DNA of 64,000 nucleotides from a virus (taxonomy: Duplodnaviria > Heunggongvirae > Uroviricota > Caudoviricetes), in IMG/VR virus record IMGVR_UViG_3300028898_000252, positions 285,946 through 349,945 of that record; one strand, 5' to 3'. Within the stretch, counting starts at the first letter, position 1; every line of letters begins with the position of its first letter. Shown here piece after piece: positions 19,929-26,897 of this stretch. Made by a program: the position numbers and the translations under genes. The notes under the pieces were generated by a model. That model worked only from the letters and a program-made list of their open reading frames with translations, had not been told where the DNA came from and made no database searches.

Positions 19929-20312
19929 TCATGCAAACTTGCATGCCGACAAGGTTTTCATCACGGAATACATCCTGTCGATGACCGCGGGGACCTTTTT
20001 GTCGTTGTCGTGGTAAAACATGTTTGCGGCGAGAATAACATTTCTAATCGCCTTGCGCTTGTTCATTCCGACCGCGATATGCACCGCACCGCCACGAATT
20101 GCGATTGAACACCTCCAGCCGTGATCGCGTACGGCATCGAAAACAACATTGACAGGATTGACGCGATTGTTATTCAGCAGGTCGACCAATTTTTCGACCT
20201 TCGCGCCCCCGCTGTAAACCTCGATAACGGCGGCTTCGAGCAAGGTATTGAACCTTTGCTCTCTTGCTTCGATGGCTCGAAAGAATGCCTTGAATGATTC
20301 GAATTGTTCCAT
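19929..20312 (-). CDS. Hypothetical protein
   Basis: Start reassigned to MEQFESF with AAAGGG RBS. Confidence 0.65.
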   Translation of the reverse strand: MEQFESFKAFFRAIEAREQRFNTLLEAAVIEVYSGGAKVEKLVDLLNNNRVNPVNVVFDAVRDHGWRCSIAIRGGAVHIAVGMNKRKAIRNVILAANMFYHDNDKKVPAVIDRMYSVMKTLSACKFA

Positions 20313-20494
20313 TGTGAAACCCTTTCGTTGGAGAATGACAGCCGCAGAAATAGGATTTGCACCTACAGTTTCCTCTGTTTTGCAGAGGTTTTGGCCACGA
20401 TTCGGCACGGGACCTATTCCCGTTCTGCGGTATAGACTTGTTAACACAACCTCGAAGGTTTTATTTACCTTTCAAGAGGTGTGCCAACGAAGGT

Positions 20495-20707
20495 TTAGTC
20501 GTGATACCAAACATCCTCGCCGTGAATGTTTTTCGACGGAAAAACAACCGTATCCGTGTCCTCGTTGTGCTTCGTGACAGCGAACATCACCTTTCGCTGA
20601 GCGTTGCGCAGCACCTTGCGAGCAAAGCGCTTGAAACCATTGTGAAAGTGGCGATGGTGGGAGTCCTCGCTGCGAGCGGTGAATCCTCGACGGTGGTTCG
20701 TTTTCAA
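20495..20707 (-). CDS. Basic peptide starting MKTNHRRGF
   Basis: 70 aa, TTG start, GGGAG RBS, follows element 20750. Confidence 0.65.
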   Translation of the reverse strand: MKTNHRRGFTARSEDSHHRHFHNGFKRFARKVLRNAQRKVMFAVTKHNEDTDTVVFPSKNIHGEDVWYHD

Positions 20708-20844
20708 TTCCGTTCTCCCTTCTGTCTAGGTCTTAACACACTCTATCGTGAATTATTTTCCTTTCACGAATCGTGCCAAGGTTGACCAAGAGGCTGTCTC
20801 GGTGGGTTGAGGCATTCAGAATTAATTTCAAAATCTGTGCCGCG

Positions 20845-20874
20845 AAAATAAAAAAGCCCCGATTCGCTCGGGGC
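20845..20874 (-). terminator. Intrinsic terminator
   Basis: GCCCCGA-GCGAA-TCGGGGC then TTTTTTATTTT. Confidence 0.8.
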
Positions 20875-20912
20875 GTGGCGGGTTTGGTTATGTATCCAAA
20901 CCAATTGGTTTC

Positions 20913-21287
20913 TCAATCCTCGTTTTCCGACGAGAACGCGATCGAACGAATTCCGATCTCATGGTAGTTTTTCCATGAGAATGTCAGCCGCTTCGAATCG
21001 TCATCGCAGCCTTTCAAAACGACGTGCGTGCAATCCCCCGATTGCGTGACGACCGAAGCGACCTCCCACAATTGCGAGCCGTGCGCTCGCTTTCCCTTCA
21101 CTTCGAGAATGTCACCAACCTTGACGCGCGAAAGGATGATCCACACGGGATCGCGTCGCGTTCGGTCCGAAACTTGAAATTTTCGTTCGGTCAAGTCATC
21201 GTAGAGGCGGCGAGCCTTCGTGTTTTCATTCGCCCACGCGCGAAACGAACCGATGATTGCCGAGAGGATATCCTTGTTGTTGCTCAT
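20913..21287 (-). CDS. Hypothetical protein (possible SH3-like C-terminus)
   Basis: 124 aa; VKVGDILEV. Confidence 0.65.
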   Translation of the reverse strand: MSNNKDILSAIIGSFRAWANENTKARRLYDDLTERKFQVSDRTRRDPVWIILSRVKVGDILEVKGKRAHGSQLWEVASVVTQSGDCTHVVLKGCDDDSKRLTFSWKNYHEIGIRSIAFSSENED

Positions 21288-21335
21288 GTTTCTTTTCTCT
21301 TTTCTTTTCGTTGAAGTTGATTGAAGGGTTGGTTT

Positions 21336-21710
21336 TCAGAGAGAGAGGGCGAAAGCGATATCGAGAGCAACAGGGGTTTTGTTTTCCTCCGTTACTCCGT
21401 TGTACTTGATCGCGTGTTCCGCGAGGTTGTAGTGGTCAATCAATTCGACCTCGCAAGGTAGGGGAGTGTTGCAGGCGAGCCGCGTAATCGGAGGCATTTT
21501 TTTGTCTCCGAAAAGTTTTACCAACAAAAACTCTGTTCCGTATTGACCAGTGGAGGCGGAACTTGCGGTCAATTGGTAGACCGCAGAAACCTCTTTGCGG
21601 CCTTTCCGAAATGACAGCAAGAAAAACCTTGCAACCTTGACAAACACCGTAATCGAACAACCGAGTGTTTCGGTGTTGATTCGATCACCAACCTTGAAAA
21701 GATGGTTCAT
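21336..21710 (-). CDS. Hypothetical protein
   Basis: Start reassigned to MNHLFKVGD with AAGGGA RBS. Confidence 0.65.
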   Translation of the reverse strand: MNHLFKVGDRINTETLGCSITVFVKVARFFLLSFRKGRKEVSAVYQLTASSASTGQYGTEFLLVKLFGDKKMPPITRLACNTPLPCEVELIDHYNLAEHAIKYNGVTEENKTPVALDIAFALSL

Positions 21711-21866
21711 TCGTTTTTTCCCTTGTTGCTTGACGAAAACCTTGTCGGCGACTGGCTTATCGACAATAATTTTCTTGGGGTTGCGAGACAGGGTGATTCC
21801 TGGCCAGTTTCTATCTCTTATCACAGCTTTCAGCATTGAATTTTCCTTTCAAGCGCTATGCCAAGA

Positions 21867-22049
21867 TTACCTTTTCCGTTGTTTGATTTTCGAACCAGAG
21901 GGCACCACGAGAAACCATTCGAACCTGTTGACAATTGCATTCCAAACCTTGTATCTCCGAATCACTCTCGTGTAGAGAGCACCTTGACGCAGGGTTTCGA
22001 GGTATGAGTCGAACGGACCCAGGTGGTTTTCTGAATAACAGTCGCCCAT
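21867..22049 (-). CDS. Hypothetical protein
   Basis: 60 aa; AAGGTGA RBS; follows element 22101. Confidence 0.65.
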   Translation of the reverse strand: MGDCYSENHLGPFDSYLETLRQGALYTRVIRRYKVWNAIVNRFEWFLVVPSGSKIKQRKR

Positions 22050-22136
22050 TCGTTCACCTTCCCTTGCTGGCGTGTCTACCTCATATCACGATTGATTCTG
22101 TTTTATTTTCCTTGCAGGGATCATGCCAGCAGTGGA

Positions 22137-22355
22137 CTACTTCGAAACCTCAACTCCAATAATCAAAACCATCGGAGGCTCGCCTACAGAAGTCTCGAAA
22201 CCAGAAACTTTCGTCTGGAAAACTTCATCCTTCTCTGGATTATCCATGAGAGCTTCATTCAGTCGGAGGATCAACCTTTGCGCTTCATCACGCGAAAGGC
22301 CGATAACCAAACGATTTTTGAAAATCTCGTCTGCGGTTTTTTCCCAGTGCGCCAT
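22137..22355 (-). CDS. Hypothetical protein
   Basis: MAHWEK start, AAGGA RBS; follows element 22399. Confidence 0.65.
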   Translation of the reverse strand: MAHWEKTADEIFKNRLVIGLSRDEAQRLILRLNEALMDNPEKDEVFQTKVSGFETSVGEPPMVLIIGVEVSK

Positions 22356-22490
22356 GATCTTTTCCTTTCCGTGGTTATGATCTAACACATTCAGCTCTGA
22401 ATTATTTACCTTGCAGGGATCATGCCAACCACGGGAGATTGAGAATTATTTTCAAATTGCTGCGGCACAAAAAATGCAGGGCCAAAAACG

Positions 22491-22530
22491 ATAAAAGGGC
22501 AACCCGCTTGTTAAAGCGAAGTTGCCCCTT
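22491..22530 (-). terminator. Hairpin/terminator after the tRNA-ncRNA operon
   Basis: GGGCAAC-TTCGCTT..AAGCGG-GTTGCCC then TTTTAT. Confidence 0.65.
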
Positions 22531-22569
22531 TGGGTTTATTTACTTTGCAAACCGTGTGCCAACGTTTAG

Positions 22570-22644
22570 CGTCTCTGATAGGACTTGAACCTATGACCTA
22601 CCGCTTAGAAGGCGGTCGCTACTATCCAACTGAGCTACAGAGAC
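22570..22644 (-). tRNA. tRNA-Arg(UCU)
   Basis: GTCTCTG/CAGAGAC acceptor, TAGCTCAGTTGGATAG D arm, ACCGC-CTTCTAA-GCGGT, GGTTCAAGTCC; CCA not encoded. Confidence 0.92.
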
Positions 22645-22649
22645 AAAGC

Positions 22650-22732
22650 GTCTCGTAACGTTACTGTGCGCCGCTTACACTACGGTTTTGAGGCCGCGGA
22701 GAGTCGAACTCCGTCTGCAACGTTTCCGAGAC
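22650..22732 (-). ncRNA. Circularly permuted tRNA-like RNA (YrlA/Y-RNA-like)
   Basis: Order stem - T arm (CGGAG-TTCGACT-CTCCG) - closed acceptor hairpin - TA - D arm (GTGT-AAGCGGC-GCAC) - stem. Confidence 0.7.
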
Positions 22733-22919
22733 TGAAACAGTCTACAGGAGCACTGTTTCGATGTGCAGTCGATACGCAATCCGTCTCGTAACGTCATCGC
22801 GACGTTGGATTGTCCACTATTGGCAATCAACCTTTCGAGGTTGACTCTCGCTCTCGCCGCGAGAAGGCTAGTGGTGCTGAGAGCATATAATACCGACATA
22901 TCCCCTCGGTTAACGGGTT

Positions 22920-22988
22920 GACTGAGCGGTTTAACTGTTTAACCTAACAGGTTACCCTGTGCAGGATTCGCACCCGCATATCTCAGTC
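22920..22988 (-). ncRNA. Circularly permuted tRNA-like RNA (YrlA/Y-RNA-like)
   Basis: GACTGAG-ATAT-GCGGG TGCGAAT CCTGC-ACAGG GTAA CCTGT-TA-GGTT AAACAGTTA AACC-G-CTCAGTC. Confidence 0.72.
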
Positions 22989-23197
22989 GGTGTGATGGTG
23001 GTTTGTATTGTTTCACTAGCATTCAGTAACCATCGGTACCGAATGCCAGCGGCCACGATTTATTTAACCCAACACCGAGCATTGTGGCTTGTTTGGTATT
23101 GGACCACGGAATTATTCTCCGTGGATTTGCTTTCCTTAAATGGTGGAAAGCACGACAGCGTTTACGACTCCATACTATATGTCGCCTCTAGCATGAA

Positions 23198-23262
23198 TGG
23201 TGCTCTCATATGGACTCGAACCAATGCCTAGCAGCGCGGTTAAGCGCTCTAGGTATGAGAAC
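23198..23262 (-). ncRNA. D-armless tRNA-like RNA with encoded ACCA
   Basis: GTTCTCAT/ATGAGAGC-ACCA, CCTAG-AGCGC-TTAACC-GCGCT-G-CTAGG, TGG-TTCGAGT-CCA. Confidence 0.7.
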
Positions 23263-23387
23263 ATGTTTTATGTTAAGGAATCTATCGTTTTGACGTTGTT
23301 GCCCCGATCGCCTCGCTCTCTCTGTCTACATTCTAGCGCGACCGAGCAAGGTTTATTTACCTTTCAAGTATCGTGCCAGGGAAAAGG

Positions 23388-23516
23388 GTACCGCCGCGGG
23401 AATCGAACCCGCTTTAGACGTTCTAGCCAACGTCTAAATCTCCAAGGTAGAACCCCATAGTTTTATCGGTGCTTGACTAGAGCGCCCGCTATGTTGTCTA
23501 ACTTTAGGTAGCGGTA
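23388..23516 (-). ncRNA. 129-nt tRNA-like RNA (acceptor + T arm + two long hairpins)
   Basis: TACCGCT/GGCGGTA, GCGGG-TTCGATT-CCCGC, TTTAGACGTT/AACGTCTAAA. Confidence 0.65.
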
Positions 23517-23519
23517 TAG

Positions 23520-23602
23520 TGCCAGCAACGGGACTTGAACCCGTATGCCCTTGCGGACGGCGGATTTTGAATCCGCTGCGTATTCCATTCCGCCACGCTG
23601 GC
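23520..23602 (-). tRNA. tRNA-Leu(CAA)
   Basis: GCCAGCG/TGCTGGC-A, GCGGA-TTCAAAA-TCCGC, long variable arm GTCC-GCAA-GGGC, GGTTCAAGTCC. Confidence 0.93.
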
Positions 23603-23949
23603 ATTTGTTCTGCAATCTCGTTTGCAGAGGACGATACCGAGACACATTCTAATATGCGGCTCGATATTAACACGCTGGGATGACACAATGATCATCCGTG
23701 TGGTACAGCTTAGTTTGATATGTGTACCTAGTTCACAGCCCGCGGTTTTCATTGGCTGCAAAACAAGTTGTGCCAGTCACTTAGCCCGTGTTTGCAGGAT
23801 ACGCGCACGCCGACTAGCTTACGCTCGCGTTTCCGACGTATGGGATATATTACCGTTCACTCGCTTTCCTTTTCGTTGCTGCCCGCCCCATGAATCTCTC
23901 TTACCACACCCGAGCAAGGTTTATTTCCCTTGCAAGCGCTATGCCAGGG

Positions 23950-24189
23950 TCAGAGCGCGACCACCGCGAGGGTTTCGCGACCGTTTTCCCACGGGCAGAG
24001 CCACGCTTTCGCGTAGCCGTTGGGTGCTTGCACGATCACGGGATTACGGGGCGACGCCCGTTTCGCGCGGCAAGCGCGGACGATTTTGTCCACCCCAGAA
24101 TCGATAGAATAGTGAGTCACGAATGTAGCTGCCGTTTCGTTGAACTCGAACACCACTGCTTTCGAATCGTTCACTTTTGCATCCTCCAT
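23950..24189 (-). CDS. Hypothetical protein
   Basis: 79 aa between elements 24221 and 23916. Confidence 0.6.
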   Translation of the reverse strand: MEDAKVNDSKAVVFEFNETAATFVTHYSIDSGVDKIVRACRAKRASPRNPVIVQAPNGYAKAWLCPWENGRETLAVVAL

Positions 24190-24254
24190 CCCCCATAATC
24201 TTATGTTAGTACAACCGAGCAGGGTTTATTTACCTTGCACAAGCCATGCCAGAG

Positions 24255-24617
24255 TTAGACCTTGGCGGAATCCTCCGCTCGACGAATAACCCACCATTCG
24301 GTTCCCGCGCCGTCGCGGTCGATTTCACCCACAAGGATGAATTCATTGCTGAGCATATCCATAAACACGCCCTCCCATGCCCCGCGGGTTGTTCGAACGG
24401 ACACACCGAGGATTCTGGAAAACTCAGCCGCAGCCGCAGATTTTCTGACTACGGACGAAAGATTTGTCTTCCGAACGTCGATCTTTCCGCCGCCGCTCAA
24501 TTCGAGCTCGAAACCCTCTTGGGTTTGCTCGATCGCAGTCACGGGAATGAATTCGAGATTCAACCGTTGACGAGCGACGATATTCAAATCGAGACCATCC
24601 GACACAATGCAGTCCAT
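24255..24617 (-). CDS. Hypothetical protein
   Basis: 120 aa, AAGGG RBS, follows element 24669. Confidence 0.7.
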   Translation of the reverse strand: MDCIVSDGLDLNIVARQRLNLEFIPVTAIEQTQEGFELELSGGGKIDVRKTNLSSVVRKSAAAAEFSRILGVSVRTTRGAWEGVFMDMLSNEFILVGEIDRDGAGTEWWVIRRAEDSAKV

Positions 24618-24710
24618 TGTTTGAAACCCTTTCTTCGTTGGTGTGTTCTCTGTATAGCAGACCCTAGCAAGGTTTATTTACCTTGCAATCGGTATGCCAA
24701 GGATGATTAG

Positions 24711-24781
24711 TAGGTCCAGAAGGAATCGAACCTTCGTTAACTGGTTAAAAGCCAGCTACTCTACCATTGAGTTATGGACCC
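24711..24781 (-). tRNA. tRNA-Lys(UUU)
   Basis: GGGTCCA/TGGACCT-A, GCTGG-CTTTTAA-CCAGT, GAAGG-TTCGATT-CCTTC. Confidence 0.93.
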
Positions 24782-25130
24782 TTAGAGCGCCGCTGTTTAC
24801 CAACGATTCCCCGTATGCGGGGCAACCTCGGGACAGCGGGCGGTTTTGCACCATTCTTTTATTCGTTTTAGGCCGAATCACACCCGTTAGGTAGCTATCG
24901 GCCTATCGTTTACGACGATACATCAGCGTTTCCTCTTCGCTATATTATTAGAACCTACGCATGCGCGCGGTAGGCTTATGGGTTCGAGGTAGTGAATGCG
25001 GAATGACCCGCGCCCGTATCGTGTTGGCAGCGTGCGGTTTCGCTCGGTATCCGCTGCTAGTTTTACCGATCGACTAGCAACCGCTCAGTGGAGCGGCTGA
25101 CAAGGTGTGTGTAGCACGACTCGGCAGGGT

Positions 25131-25469
25131 TTATTTACCTTGCACCGTCTGTGCCAGCGGGACGCCGCCCGACCACGGGGCATCGTCGATCATTTCGAAA
25201 ATGGTTTGAATTTCCTCGACTGAAAGAGTGGTGTCGTGATACCACTCCGTCAACCTTCGGTCGAAAGCGTCGGCAAGGTCGCGGGTTTCAGCGAATTCGA
25301 ATTCGACCTCTTCGAACATCGAATTGTAAAACCTCGGAGGTTGCTCGCCATTTGCCGCGCGGTGTTCGATGATCGCCTGCTCGCATTCTCCCACGAATTC
25401 GGCGAGTTGTTCTCGCGAATAACCGCGGAGTTTCAGCGTTTGCAATTCTGAGAGATTCTTCGTCGACAT
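25131..25469 (-). CDS. Hypothetical acidic protein; stop codon supplied by the next element
   Basis: MSTKNL start; ends LAQTVQGK-TAA, the translation of element 25126-25156. Confidence 0.65.
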   Translation of the reverse strand: MSTKNLSELQTLKLRGYSREQLAEFVGECEQAIIEHRAANGEQPPRFYNSMFEEVEFEFAETRDLADAFDRRLTEWYHDTTLSVEEIQTIFEMIDDAPWSGGVPLAQTVQGK

Positions 25470-25546
25470 TTTCTTTCGTTGCTCCTCTCTGTGGGTATGT
25501 CTTACCACACCCTTGAAGGAATTATTTACCTTGCAAGCGGTGTGCC

Positions 25547-25579
25547 AAAAAAAATAGGCTTGGAATAGATCCGAAGCCT
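25547..25579 (-). terminator. Intrinsic terminator
   Basis: AGGCTT..AAGCCT then ATTTTTTTT. Confidence 0.65.
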
Positions 25580-25769
25580 CTCACCATTCGTTATATCGCC
25601 TTCAACCGCAAGTTAACTTAATAACTCGCTGAATGGCCGCACTCCCAGGCATCGCGCTATGGACTAGCCTTATGGTTGCGCTTTGTTATGGCCGCTTGCA
25701 CGGTTTGGTTGAAGCAATGCCGTTATCCAACGGCGGTATTGGCTTGACAGAGAATCCTGTTCTCTGTCA
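25580..25769 (-). ncRNA. Candidate structured ncRNA downstream of tRNA-Ile
   Basis: No minus-strand ORF; long-range pairing TTGCTTCAACC/GGTTGAAGGCGA plus two hairpins. Confidence 0.45.
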
Positions 25770-25846
25770 TGGTAGGCGTAAATGGACTCGAACCATTGAC
25801 CCCACGGTTATAAGCCGTGTGCTCTAACCGACTGAGCTATACGCCC
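25770..25846 (-). tRNA. tRNA-Ile(UAU)
   Basis: GGGCGTA/TACGCCT-ACCA, CACGG-CTTATAA-CCGTG, AATGG-TTCGAGT-CCATT. Confidence 0.9.
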
Positions 25847-26037
25847 AACGAATGCGGCCTCGCCTTATTCAGCGCCCGCGGTGAATGCTAACCAGCTTGT
25901 CACGGCCAGTGCATTATTTTACCTGCTTTCCGTATCGTTGCGGGTTGAGGTTTTGAGGCAACCTTGCTCGTTGCCCCGTGAGTATGTCTTAGCACGACTC
26001 GGCAGGGTTTATTTGCCTTGCACCGTTCGTGCCAGGG

Positions 26038-26346
26038 TTACGCCAGCTTCGACCACGCCAGCGCGAACAAACGCACGGCGAAAGCCAGGGCGAAAACCGC
26101 AGCGCTCACCCTTGCAATCCCCAGCGCGTTTTTTGACGTTCCGTAACCGTACTCGGACGCAAGAAAACTGTTTGTCAGCCTCTCAGCGATCATGGAAACC
26201 ACGAAAAGCGATCCAAACAACAACAGGTGTTGTCCTGCGGAGAGCGAGAGAAACATCCCGAAAAACGTTCCGATCGCGCCCGAAGCGATGGCGAGCACAA
26301 GCAACACAGCCGCCGCGACTGCGGCGAAAACCTTACCAAAGGTCAA
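26038..26346 (-). CDS. Small multi-pass membrane protein
   Basis: About 3 hydrophobic segments; TTG start just after the upstream stop (start uncertain). Confidence 0.6.
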   Translation of the reverse strand: MTFGKVFAAVAAAVLLVLAIASGAIGTFFGMFLSLSAGQHLLLFGSLFVVSMIAERLTNSFLASEYGYGTSKNALGIARVSAAVFALAFAVRLFALAWSKLA

Positions 26347-26348
26347 GG

Positions 26349-26729
26349 TTACGACCTTCGCGAGTGTGACGCGCGCTGGAGAATCGGAAGACCAAGAACA
26401 CCACTCGGTCCAACCTTTGCAAACGCATCGGTTTGCTCGTTGCCGCGTTCGCCAGGGACGAAAAGCGTCACCTCGGCATAGCGGTTGCTGTGCCCCGCGC
26501 AGCACTTGGTTTCACTCGAAACCGTTGCGCGCCAGTCAGAAGCGGAAAAAAACTTTTCCGTTTCCTTTCCCGCAGCGTCGTGTCGGATCACTTCGACCGC
26601 GTAGCGCTCCAATTGGAGCCGTTCGCGGAGTTCATCGGCGTGCATTTCCGCCGCTGTGCGTGTGTCGAGCTCCATTCCTTCATCGAAGGAAACATCGCCA
26701 CTGTCTGAACCATTCACTTCGATCGTCAT
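26349..26729 (-). CDS. Hypothetical protein
   Basis: 126 aa, GGAGGT RBS, follows element 26797. Confidence 0.7.
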   Translation of the reverse strand: MTIEVNGSDSGDVSFDEGMELDTRTAAEMHADELRERLQLERYAVEVIRHDAAGKETEKFFSASDWRATVSSETKCCAGHSNRYAEVTLFVPGERGNEQTDAFAKVGPSGVLGLPILQRASHSRRS

Positions 26730-26831
26730 TGCCTACCTCCATGTAGGGTTGCTAGAGGTTATCTCCAGCAACAACTTTTGAATAACACAACCCTCGAAGG
26801 TTTATTTACCTTGCAGGGATCATGCCATTCT

Positions 26832-26892
26832 TGGAGGGCTTGGGAGAATCAAACTCCCCGCAAAGTTTTTGCTTTGCGAACCATTAAGCCCT
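26832..26892 (-). ncRNA. Minimal tRNA-like RNA (acceptor + T arm + one hairpin, TCCA end)
   Basis: GGGCTT/AAGCCC-TCCA, GGGAG-TTTGATT-CTCCC, GCAAAG-CAAAAA-CTTTGC. Confidence 0.55.
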
Positions 26893-26897
26893 TGCGG

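Noticed and set aside
22690-23516. tmRNA (from T-loop plus acceptor-like 3-prime ends)
   Set aside because: No matching 5-prime GGGG acceptor strand or tag ORF; the T arms are explained by local permuted or mini structures
22675-23761. Short ORFs over the tRNA/ncRNA cluster (22675, 22959, 23197, 23434, 23463, 23504)
   Set aside because: They overlap tRNAs or structured RNAs and lack RBS; treated as spurious
23756-23775. Extra sigma54 box TGGCACAACTTGTTTTGCA
   Set aside because: GG-N13-GC spacing is wrong and the AAGGTAAATAA tail is absent
24900-24945. Hammerhead ribozyme (GAAAC..CTGATG)
   Set aside because: Core reads CTGATGT rather than CTGANGA and helix order does not fit
25661-25673. 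ATAAGGCTAGTCC identical to part of the S. pyogenes tracrRNA
   Set aside because: Only 13 nt, flanks do not match, no Cas9 or anti-repeat; likely chance
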